11,046 nucleotides of DNA, from contig JBHLOY010000034.1 of assembly GCA_048939995.1 (NCBI GenBank), positions 1 through 11,046 of the forward strand. The letters run 5' to 3'. This DNA comes from Promethearchaeota archaeon. Its GTDB lineage: Archaea; Asgardarchaeota; Lokiarchaeia; Sigyniarchaeales; SOKP01. Under the pieces are notes generated by a model that worked only from the letters and a program-made list of their open reading frames with translations, was not told the DNA's origin and made no database searches. This document shows, piece after piece, positions 1 to 7,813 of this stretch (the stretch's first letter is position 1; each line of letters starts with the position of its first letter). The position numbers and the translations under genes were made by a program.

Positions 1-378
1 TTTATATTGAACATTTTTATTACGATCTTTATTACAATTCTATTCTCAGTATTTATAAATCTCGATATTATAGGTGCCTTGATTTTCTTTGCCGAATTTT
101 TATTATTTACGCAAATCTCCATGGCTCAGGCGATGGGTATTCAATGTTTCTCTCCTGCTTTTGGGGAGAAAGATTCAAATATGAAAGTTAATACCATGAT
201 TTCATTTCTTCTCCTTCAACCATTAATGTTTCTACCAATGATATTGTTGATTTTTATTAAACCAGGAACGATTGAAATATTGATACTAAGTATGCATGGG
301 ATTGTTTTTATTTACAATATAGGAGTCAGCTTGCCACTGTTATATTTTGGCATGAAAAAATTGAAGAAGCTTGAATAA
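1..378 (+). CDS. 5'-truncated polytopic membrane protein (possibly ABC-type permease-like C-terminal region)
   Basis: Frame 1 is open from base 1 (ttt ata ttg...), so the TTG at 7 is probably not the true start. It has about 4 hydrophobic segments and a basic C-terminal tail (GMKKLKKLE), with TAA at 376-378. The permease assignment is weak inference. Confidence 0.6.
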   Translation, partial: FILNIFITIFITILFSVFINLDIIGALIFFAEFLLFTQISMAQAMGIQCFSPAFGEKDSNMKVNTMISFLLLQPLMFLPMILLIFIKPGTIEILILSMHGIVFIYNIGVSLPLLYFGMKKLKKLE

Positions 379-493
379 AACCTTAAAATAAAACAAAAAT
401 TTTTTTATTATCAATTAAAAAATAAAAAATAATATATAAAAGGAGGAAAAAACGAAGATAAAATATATAATTTGGAGTTATGTTATTGATAAT

Positions 494-501
494 ATTATAA
501 T
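494..501 (+). promoter_or_regulatory. Candidate archaeal TATA box for the membrane protein/HTH operon
   Basis: TTATAA at 495-500 lies 22 nt upstream of the ATG at 523. The AT-rich background lowers specificity. Confidence 0.35.
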
Positions 502-522
502 TTAATACAATGGTGGAAAAAT

Positions 523-1173
523 ATGACTCAAGATATTGATCTTAAGGCTATAGAGAAAAAGATTCTCAAGACTGCCCACCAACATGGTCTTTTTGATATT
601 ATAGTTGGCTTAATCTATACAGGAATGGCATTTGGGCCTATTTTTCGTGAAGCCTTACCTGAGCCTTATAGATATTTCTTATGGCCACTAATTCTTATCT
701 GTATTGGTTGCATAATATTATTTTTTCTTTTCATATATGTTGTTAAACCTAGGATTGGATTTGTAAAGCCTGGTCCAAAACTTAAATCGATTGGAAAGAA
801 GTTGCTTATTATTACTTTAGCACAATCTATATTTACATTGATAATTTTTCTTTTACCTTTCTTTGGAATTGCTTCAGGAGTTAGAGTGGAAGGAATTACT
901 TTTATATTAATTATTGGCTTAGTTTTCATTGTCTTTCCTTTTATAACTATGGCTTATTTACTAAAATTTCCAAGATTGTATCTCATAGGATTACTTATTT
1001 GGATAGGTATTTTCATTAATGAAATAATAAATCATTCTATAGATTATAGAATTAGGTGGTTATTATCGTATGGAATTACTGGAACTGTTATTCTTTTTAT
1101 AGGAATAGTAATTTTTATCCGATTTCTTAAAAGATATCCAATGCCAAAAGAAGAGGTCCTTAATAATGAATGA
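523..1173 (+). CDS. Uncharacterised integral membrane protein (about 6 TM), paralog 1
   Basis: 216 aa with about 6 hydrophobic helices. It shares the motifs IDLKAxE, G-x-x-DI, PRxGxVK, AYxLxFxRLY and FLxRYPxPK with the next ORF. Confidence 0.85.
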   Translation: MTQDIDLKAIEKKILKTAHQHGLFDIIVGLIYTGMAFGPIFREALPEPYRYFLWPLILICIGCIILFFLFIYVVKPRIGFVKPGPKLKSIGKKLLIITLAQSIFTLIIFLLPFFGIASGVRVEGITFILIIGLVFIVFPFITMAYLLKFPRLYLIGLLIWIGIFINEIINHSIDYRIRWLLSYGITGTVILFIGIVIFIRFLKRYPMPKEEVLNNE

Positions 1174-1822
1174 AAATACTGATAAAGAAATTGATTTGAA
1201 AGCTTTAGAGAGAAAAGTATATAGATCTTTTTTTGAAGATGGATTTTGGGATATTTTTATCGGCATGTTAATTTTAGGTTTTGGTTTCAGCTGGACTCGA
1301 ATTTTTTTTGAGATTTTTGAGCCCTTGGATTTAATGATTATTTTACTAATATGGAATACAGCAACATTTCTAATCTATTATCTTGGGAAAAAATTCATAA
1401 CTACTCCCCGATTGGGAATTGTTAAATTTGGAGAAAAAAGAAAAACTCGTCAAAGGCACTTAAAAATTTTTCTCTTAATTAATGTTTTATTTGGATTTAT
1501 CGTATTTATTCTTACATTTTTTGGATTACTAGAATTTCTTGCTATTGGAGGATCATTAACTCCATTGCTAATTGGCCTAACATCATTCACTATTCCTTTT
1601 AGTATCATTGCTTACTTCTTGGGATTTAACCGGCTATATATCTATTCTATAATTGCTGGTTTTAGTTTTTTCATTTCTGACTTAATTTATCACTTCTTGG
1701 GAAGCCCCCTAGATAGTATTCTTGGATTTGGTGTCCCAGGAGGCATTATAGTAACAATTGGAATAGTTTTTCTATCAAAGTTTTTACGTAGGTATCCTAA
1801 TCCGAAAAAAATAACTAAATAA
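1166..1822 (+). CDS. Uncharacterised integral membrane protein (about 6 TM), paralog 2
   Basis: 218 aa and colinear with 523..1173. It overlaps the upstream gene by 8 nt (ATGAATGA) and has an SD-like GAGGT at 1153-1157. Confidence 0.85.
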   Translation: MNENTDKEIDLKALERKVYRSFFEDGFWDIFIGMLILGFGFSWTRIFFEIFEPLDLMIILLIWNTATFLIYYLGKKFITTPRLGIVKFGEKRKTRQRHLKIFLLINVLFGFIVFILTFFGLLEFLAIGGSLTPLLIGLTSFTIPFSIIAYFLGFNRLYIYSIIAGFSFFISDLIYHFLGSPLDSILGFGVPGGIIVTIGIVFLSKFLRRYPNPKKITK

Positions 1823-2160
1823 TGAGTTGGTTTAAGACGAGTAATAATAAAGATAAAAGAGATATTAAATCAATTGCGGATATTGATAAACTAATTCATG
1901 AACCTGCTCGTCTTAGTATTATGGCCTATTTATTTGTTGTCGAAAGTGCAGATATGGTCTTCTTAAAAAATCAGACTGGATTAACTTGGGGGAATTTATC
2001 TTCGCATATCACTAAATTAGAGGAGGCTGGCTATGTAATTGTTGAAAAAAGATTCAAAGGTAAAAAGCCTCAAACCCTACTGCAATTATCTAAACAAGGA
2101 CGAAATTCATTTGAAGATTATAGGAGGAAAATGAATAAAGTGTTAGGTGAAATATCTTAG
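1822..2160 (+). CDS. Winged helix-turn-helix transcriptional regulator (ArsR/MarR-like, HTH_34 type)
   Basis: Motif IHEPARLSIMAYL...GLTWGNLSSHITKLEEAGYV...KGKKPQT...LSKQGR is typical of this family. It has a TAATG stop/start overlap with the upstream gene. Confidence 0.92.
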   Translation: MSWFKTSNNKDKRDIKSIADIDKLIHEPARLSIMAYLFVVESADMVFLKNQTGLTWGNLSSHITKLEEAGYVIVEKRFKGKKPQTLLQLSKQGRNSFEDYRRKMNKVLGEIS

Positions 2161-2184
2161 AAAAAATATTACTTAATTGATACA

Positions 2185-2192
2185 TTATAAAA
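2185..2192 (+). promoter_or_regulatory. Candidate TATA box for the thioesterase gene (leaderless spacing)
   Basis: TTATAAAA at 2185-2192 lies 23 nt upstream of the ATG at 2216, and no SD motif is present. Confidence 0.45.
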
Positions 2193-2215
2193 AATATAAT
2201 TAATTTGTTTAAGAA

Positions 2216-2713
2216 ATGAATGAGACTGATAAAATTAAAAAGCGGTCAGAAAGAATAATAAAATTATTTAATTCTTTCAAAAGTCGGGAATTAAAGGATT
2301 TTCCTGTACCTCCATTTTCAAAATGGTTGAATGGGAAGGTTATTGAAGCTAGTTATGGAGAAATTGAGGTAGAATTTGAAGTGAGACCAGAAATGGCAAA
2401 TCCAACAGGATTATTACATGGCGGGATGCAATGTGGTCTAATGGATGATACAATAGGTATGACAACTGCAACATTAGGTTATGAAGGCTTTCCTATAACA
2501 ATAGATTTTCATGTTGATTACCTTGGGAAGGTGAAAGTTGGCGAAAAAGTAAGAGTTATTGGAAAAATCCTACGAGAAGGAAAAAACATTTTACATGCAA
2601 CCGCAGAAATTTATAATCTTGAGAGAAAATTGATCGCTACAGGAAATTCAAATCTACTTAAAACAAGCTTCATACCCGATTATGTGAAAAAAGCAGATAA
2701 AATTTCAGATTAA
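2216..2713 (+). CDS. PaaI-family hotdog-fold acyl-CoA thioesterase
   Basis: Signature NPTGLLHGGMQCGLMDD (N-x-x-G-x-x-HGG-x6-D), followed by TIDFHVDYL and the REGKNILHATAEI strands. Confidence 0.92.
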   Translation: MNETDKIKKRSERIIKLFNSFKSRELKDFPVPPFSKWLNGKVIEASYGEIEVEFEVRPEMANPTGLLHGGMQCGLMDDTIGMTTATLGYEGFPITIDFHVDYLGKVKVGEKVRVIGKILREGKNILHATAEIYNLERKLIATGNSNLLKTSFIPDYVKKADKISD

Positions 2714-2741
2714 ATTATAATTACTTAACTATAAACTTAAT

Positions 2742-3671
2742 TTGATTCCCAAAGAAATTTTTAGAGAGATTGAAAATCTAAAGGAAGATAATCAATCTGG
2801 TGCTAATGAGTTCATATTAAAGGCATTGAGTATCATTAATGACCAATTGAATTATATTAAGGATCAGAATAAGGATATAAGCGCTCTCGTTTTAGCATTA
2901 TCGAAAGAAATAATATCTTCAAGGCCTAGTATGGCGCCATTAATTAACACAATTGGTTTTTTAATTCATGATTTAGTGACAATAAATAAGAGTTCAATAC
3001 TTTCAAGAATCAGTAAATTAAAGAAAAAAAGAGAAGAAGCTTTATCTAAACTTAGTTTAAATTTTAATTCCTTTCTAAAAAGAATAGGAGAAGCAAGCCT
3101 TATGTTGATATCATATAGCTCCACAATTCTTGATTTATTAACTAAATATGATAAAAACAATCTTATTTTATATATCTTAGAATCTCGCCCTCTACTTGAA
3201 GGTCAATATGTTGCTCAAATCTTATCAAAGAAATATAAGACTCATCTTCTAGTCGATGCCGCAATGGGAAAATTTATTGATAAAGTAGACTATGTTCTAA
3301 TTGGTGTTGATAGTATTTTAAATGATGGTTCCGTCATTAACAAAGTTGGAACTTTTCCCTTAGCAGTTTTAGCAAAATCTACAAAAGTTGAAGTTTATGC
3401 TATATGTGATTCATTCAAATACAATGTAATGAGTCATTATGGATTAGAGGTTGAAATTGAAGAAAAACCTATAGAGCAAGTATATAATAAAGAATTTGAT
3501 AATAAATTGCTTAAAATTCATAATTATTATTTTGACAAAACTCCACCAGAATTTATAAAGGGTATAATTTCAGAATTCGGGATTTTATCCATTCAAGAAT
3601 TCATAAATCAAGTAAGAAATGAACTACCTATTGAGTGGTATAATAAATTAATGAGAAGTGAAATTGTATGA
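2742..3671 (+). CDS. eIF2B alpha/beta/delta (aIF2B) / sugar-phosphate isomerase-fold protein
   Basis: Motifs DNQSGA, SRPSMAPL, SYSST, ESRPLLEG, DAAM, GVDSILNDGSVINKVGT and NYYFDKTP are IF-2B family hallmarks. TTG start. Confidence 0.9.
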   Translation: MIPKEIFREIENLKEDNQSGANEFILKALSIINDQLNYIKDQNKDISALVLALSKEIISSRPSMAPLINTIGFLIHDLVTINKSSILSRISKLKKKREEALSKLSLNFNSFLKRIGEASLMLISYSSTILDLLTKYDKNNLILYILESRPLLEGQYVAQILSKKYKTHLLVDAAMGKFIDKVDYVLIGVDSILNDGSVINKVGTFPLAVLAKSTKVEVYAICDSFKYNVMSHYGLEVEIEEKPIEQVYNKEFDNKLLKIHNYYFDKTPPEFIKGIISEFGILSIQEFINQVRNELPIEWYNKLMRSEIV

Positions 3672-4636
3672 AAGGATGGAAAAATCATTTAAATTTTGAT
3701 CCCATCCCTCCCCTCCTCAAAACGACCAGTAAAGCTTTGCAGTATTTTGTAAAGACAGAAATTCTTGAAGAGGATTTTGGATCACGAATATGGGACTTAG
3801 AAGATGCCCAAAAAATATTGAAAAAACAACAGAAAAATGGATCATGGAAGTATCCTAGCAAGAAAGAAGATATTCAAACCCAAGAGAACTATAATCAATT
3901 AGAAACTTATCGCCAACTAGGTTTTTTGGTTGAACTATATAATTTTAATAATAAGCATAATTCAATAAAGAAAGCAGCTGAATATTTGTTTTCTTTTCAA
4001 ACTAAGGAGGGAGACTTTCGAGGAATTTATGGAACTCAATATTCTCCTAATTATTCTGCCGGCATCCTCGAACTCCTGATTAAAATTGGTTATGAAAATG
4101 ATCAGCGTACTGAAAAATGTCTCAAATGGCTTCTCTCTGTAAGACAAGATGATGGTGGCTGGGTTATTCCAATCCAAACCTCTAAAGTTAAATGGCAAGA
4201 TGCAGTAACTTCTGAAGAAGTTCTTCAACCAAATCGGAAAAAGCCCTTTTCATACATGGTTACTGGCATTGTTTTAAGAGCATTTGCAGCTCACTCTAAA
4301 TATCAGAAGCATCCTGAAATAAGATTAGCTGGTGAACTTTTACTATCACGATTTTTTAAAAGAGATAATTATCCTGCTCGAGGTGATATAAGCTATTGGA
4401 CAAAGTTCACTTTTCCTTTCTGGTTTACAGATCTTTTATCTTCATTGGATACTCTACATTTTATAGGTTTTAATAAGGAACATCCCCAAATAAGTATCGC
4501 ATTTGATTGGTTCGTAAAGAAGCAAGAGTTTGATGGTAGTTGGAACTTGAAATTACTTAAAGGAGCTCAAATTAAAGACTACAAATTATGGATAAATTAT
4601 ATCATATGTCGCACTTTTAAGATGTATTTTGGCTAA
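3668..4636 (+). CDS. Prenyltransferase/squalene-cyclase-like (alpha/alpha)-barrel protein with QW repeats
   Basis: QW-type repeats QQKNGSW, QTKEGDF, QDDGGW and QEFDGSW. It has an ATGA overlap with the upstream gene. No catalytic DxDD motif is visible. Confidence 0.8.
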   Translation: MKGWKNHLNFDPIPPLLKTTSKALQYFVKTEILEEDFGSRIWDLEDAQKILKKQQKNGSWKYPSKKEDIQTQENYNQLETYRQLGFLVELYNFNNKHNSIKKAAEYLFSFQTKEGDFRGIYGTQYSPNYSAGILELLIKIGYENDQRTEKCLKWLLSVRQDDGGWVIPIQTSKVKWQDAVTSEEVLQPNRKKPFSYMVTGIVLRAFAAHSKYQKHPEIRLAGELLLSRFFKRDNYPARGDISYWTKFTFPFWFTDLLSSLDTLHFIGFNKEHPQISIAFDWFVKKQEFDGSWNLKLLKGAQIKDYKLWINYIICRTFKMYFG

Positions 4637-5187
4637 AAGGAACCAATATTTTTTACTTTGAATTCAAATATTGAATTAATCTTTAACGGATCTCGTTTAA
4701 AATCTATGATATTAATACTATCTGTAGAAACATAGAATGGTTGTTCTCTGGTCATGGTAATTTGGTTTTTAATTATATCAATAGCTTTACTAATTTTCTT
4801 TTTTGATACATACATTGCGAGAGTACAATGTGGTATCCACTCATTTGAAGAAAATTCAGGTTTATAATCTTTAAAATGTTTTAAGAGATTTTGTTGAATG
4901 TTTAGAAGCTCGAAATTCGCTTTAGGATTAAGGAATAGAACGCTCTCTTCAGAAGGAAAATATCCAATACTACTAAATTGAATTTTGAATGGTTCCAACT
5001 CCTCACAAAATTGAGTCAATCTGTTCTGAGCGATTTCAACATCTATTTCTTTATATGAAGTTAATGTAATATGGGGTTTTACCTTAAGATCATAAAAAGT
5101 TATTTTACTTTTTTTAAGGATTTTAGAAATTTGAGTTAAATAAAAAGAGCTTTTTTCATCAAAAGCTAATACAAAAGCGACTGGCAT
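4633..5187 (-). CDS. 2H phosphoesterase (2'-5' RNA ligase / cyclic phosphodiesterase family)
   Basis: Two HxT motifs, PHITL and PHCTL, about 80 aa apart, plus GYFP...VLFL. Its stop overlaps the convergent upstream gene by 4 nt. Confidence 0.9.
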   Translation of the reverse strand: MPVAFVLAFDEKSSFYLTQISKILKKSKITFYDLKVKPHITLTSYKEIDVEIAQNRLTQFCEELEPFKIQFSSIGYFPSEESVLFLNPKANFELLNIQQNLLKHFKDYKPEFSSNEWIPHCTLAMYVSKKKISKAIDIIKNQITMTREQPFYVSTDSINIIDFKRDPLKINSIFEFKVKNIGSF

Positions 5188-5223
5188 GATTAGAATTAAA
5201 AAGTCATATGTAGTAAAACTTTT

Positions 5224-6537
5224 TTATTCCAGTTTTTCAGCCATATATGGTTTTAAAACCCTAATTGCTACTAAATAAAGAGGTATTACTGACAACTCAA
5301 TAAAAATTGAAATAATAAAGGGAGCAGGATGACCAATATTATCCCATAAAAAACCACCTACTATTGGACCAGCTATTGCTCCTAAAATGCTAATCCATTG
5401 GACAGCGCTTAATATTTTTCCTCTATGGGTTTTTGATATACGGCTCAATACATTTTGCAATATTAACATTCCACCCCATGCTAAAGTGGAATCCAAAATT
5501 AAAATTAATCCAAAGATCCATCCATTTGGTGAACTTATAATCAACCAAGTCACTAAGGAACCGAGGCTGCTTATAATCGTAATTCCTATTAAAGGATTAA
5601 TATTATCAGCAATTTTACCTAATTTTGGTGCTATCAATAATGCTAAAACTTGACTAGGAAACTGAATTAACATAACAATTGTTATATTCCCAACATTCAA
5701 GTCATTAATTAAATAAGGTTGAAGAAAGGGTTGGGCAATCATTTGGTTCATATTACTTGTAAAAAATGCAAACATTAAAATAATAAATCCTAAGATAAAG
5801 ATGTAACTTATTTTAACTTTAAATTCATTTTGTGAATTCATATCGGTTACTTGAGGTATGACAAAAGAATCCTTTCTTATCTCTTCAAGTTTAATAATGT
5901 GATCTTCAAATGTTAAGGTTTCGTCGACCTTTCGATTAAAAATTATTCCCGCATAAAAATTAGAAGCACCAAACAAAATTAGTGGGCTATAAACCAAAAA
6001 AATATTTTCGGGAATAAAAAAATTTGTTAATCCAAAAATTAAAAAGCTAATTAACGTTCCTACTAGATTTCCTATGCCCATCATTGCCCCTCTCTTTCCA
6101 AATGCATATGATCGGTGCTTCTTATATGACTTTTCAGAAATTAAGGCATCTAATGGAGTCCAAAATAGTCCTACAAAAAATCCTAAAATAAATAACCCAA
6201 TATTGAATATGAACAGAGAAAAAAATATTATGGCAAAATACATAACTATATAACCAATCCCTCTGCCAAAACTTCCAATAAGCACTAAAGTTTTTTTCGA
6301 CATTCTATCTGTAAGATACCCTACAATTGGAGTGCTTAATAATGCGCCAAATAATTGACTTGCATAAGAAAATCCTAAAGCTGTACCTGAGGCTTCCGAT
6401 AATTGTATCGTGAATAATGGTATTAGAAATGAAAAAAAGAAAAAACCTAAACTGTTCCAAAAAATAATTTGAATCATAGCATTAAAATCTGGAGTTACTT
6501 TTGACTCAATTGAACCTCGGCTTTTTCTTTTGAACAT
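5224..6537 (-). CDS. Major facilitator superfamily transporter
   Basis: 437 aa with 6+6 hydrophobic helices and a central hydrophilic loop. Motif A appears as GYLTDRMSKK and is repeated as GKIADNINP. C-terminal RGK...GAIAGPIVGG. Confidence 0.93.
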   Translation of the reverse strand: MFKRKSRGSIESKVTPDFNAMIQIIFWNSLGFFFFSFLIPLFTIQLSEASGTALGFSYASQLFGALLSTPIVGYLTDRMSKKTLVLIGSFGRGIGYIVMYFAIIFFSLFIFNIGLFILGFFVGLFWTPLDALISEKSYKKHRSYAFGKRGAMMGIGNLVGTLISFLIFGLTNFFIPENIFLVYSPLILFGASNFYAGIIFNRKVDETLTFEDHIIKLEEIRKDSFVIPQVTDMNSQNEFKVKISYIFILGFIILMFAFFTSNMNQMIAQPFLQPYLINDLNVGNITIVMLIQFPSQVLALLIAPKLGKIADNINPLIGITIISSLGSLVTWLIISSPNGWIFGLILILDSTLAWGGMLILQNVLSRISKTHRGKILSAVQWISILGAIAGPIVGGFLWDNIGHPAPFIISIFIELSVIPLYLVAIRVLKPYMAEKLE

Positions 6538-6800
6538 GTTTGAAATCTCATTAATTGTTTAATGAACAATTAGGAAAAAGAAATAAATTCTAAAAATTTC
6601 ACTATTTGTTTTCCATACTATTTTATTCTCTTTTAGATTAATATCTACACTTTAAAATTAGAAAATAATTGCCAATAAAATGGTGGTTTAATTATATATT
6701 AGCTTTCAATTTTAGATTTTATGAGATAATGGGGTAAACCTTAATTTTTTAGGAATATTTTTCTTAATGTTATTTATTATCTCAAAATTAAAATTATAAA

Positions 6801-7811
6801 ATGCATCGAAATATGTTTAATCCAGAGCAAATTAAGGAAATTTTGAAGGATCTCAATGTTAATTTACGTTTTCATGCACGCGGAGGTCAAGGAGGAGTCA
6901 CCGCAAGCAATTTATGTGTCGAAGCTTTTACTGGCTATGGTGTGTGCCAACCTATGTTTGGTGCTGAACGTCAAGGAACTCCTACTGAAAGTTATGTAAG
7001 ATTATCTTATAATGAAGATTTAGTACGGTCAAACGAGCAAGTTTATGTACCTCATTTTGTCTGTGTTTTGGACCCTTCCCTCTTAACTGAGGTGGACGTT
7101 GCAGCGGGGGTTCCTGAGGGTGGGTGGTTAATTATTAACACAGTCATGAATCAGCTTGAAATTCAAGATATTGTAAAAAGAAAAGACGTTAATATTGCTA
7201 CAATTGACGCAACCAATATCGCAATGGATGTCTTAGGAAGAAATATAACAAATACTATTATTCTGGGAGCCTTAATTAGAGTTTCTCATCTTTTTACTCT
7301 TGAACAACTTAATGACGCGATTATGCGACGTTTTAAAGGTGAGATTGCTGCCAAAAATATTGAGGCAATTAAAAGAGCCTATGATGAAGCATGCATATAT
7401 GAAAGTGGTGTGGAATTGGATTTCTCTATAGACACAAAAGTCCCATGGCAGCAAGTATATCCTGCATTGCCTGGCTTTAAAGAATTGGATAAAGCAGGAG
7501 TTTGGTATTGCGATGAAAAAGTAATTAGTGTAGGGAGTGATCAAGTAAACACGGGATCTTGGGGAGAATGGGATGTAATTTGGGATGAAGAAACATGCAC
7601 TGATTGCGCACAATGTTGGTATATCTGCCCTGATTTTGCAATCGTAAGGAAAAAAGGAGAAGATGGTTTATGGCATATGGTGGGAATAGATAATTTTCAT
7701 TGTAAGTCGTGCTTAAATTGCTTGAATATTTGTCCTGTAAATGCTATTAGTAAAAGATTAAAGCAAGGTCCAGCGTCTTGTGCTGTGCCTGAAGAAACTC
7801 AAGGTGAATAA
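6801..7811 (+). CDS. 2-oxoacid:ferredoxin oxidoreductase gamma-delta fusion subunit (PorC/PorD-like)
   Basis: N-terminal gamma domain (RFHARGGQGGVT, FGAERQGTP, VLDPSL, IINT, IDAT, NTIILGA, KNIEAIKRAY). C-terminal 2x[4Fe-4S] delta domain (TGSW; C266xxC269xxC272xxxC276P; C301xxC304xxC307xxxC311P). An alternative start at ATG 6813 is possible. Confidence 0.93.
   Translation: MHRNMFNPEQIKEILKDLNVNLRFHARGGQGGVTASNLCVEAFTGYGVCQPMFGAERQGTPTESYVRLSYNEDLVRSNEQVYVPHFVCVLDPSLLTEVDVAAGVPEGGWLIINTVMNQLEIQDIVKRKDVNIATIDATNIAMDVLGRNITNTIILGALIRVSHLFTLEQLNDAIMRRFKGEIAAKNIEAIKRAYDEACIYESGVELDFSIDTKVPWQQVYPALPGFKELDKAGVWYCDEKVISVGSDQVNTGSWGEWDVIWDEETCTDCAQCWYICPDFAIVRKKGEDGLWHMVGIDNFHCKSCLNCLNICPVNAISKRLKQGPASCAVPEETQGE
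7803..7807 (+). promoter_or_regulatory. Shine-Dalgarno-like site for the alpha subunit
   Basis: GGTGA lies 6 nt upstream of the ATG at 7814, within the end of the preceding gene. Confidence 0.55.
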
Positions 7812-7813
7812 AA

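Noticed and set aside
379-522. A/T tracts, short palindromes (e.g. ATTATAAT) and AGGAGG at 441-446 as an operator, ncRNA or small ORF
   Set aside because: These are expected by chance at this AT content. There is no convincing long inverted repeat, and no start codon is suitably placed after the AGGAGG.
666-1266. Minus-strand ORFs 666..929 and 1063..1266
   Set aside because: Short antisense shadows of the paralogous membrane genes, with no recognisable motifs.
2966-4228. Minus-strand ORFs 2966..3160 and 3962..4228
   Set aside because: Fully antisense to well-supported genes, with no motifs.
5387-5653. Plus-strand 88-aa ORF
   Set aside because: Antisense shadow inside the MFS gene.
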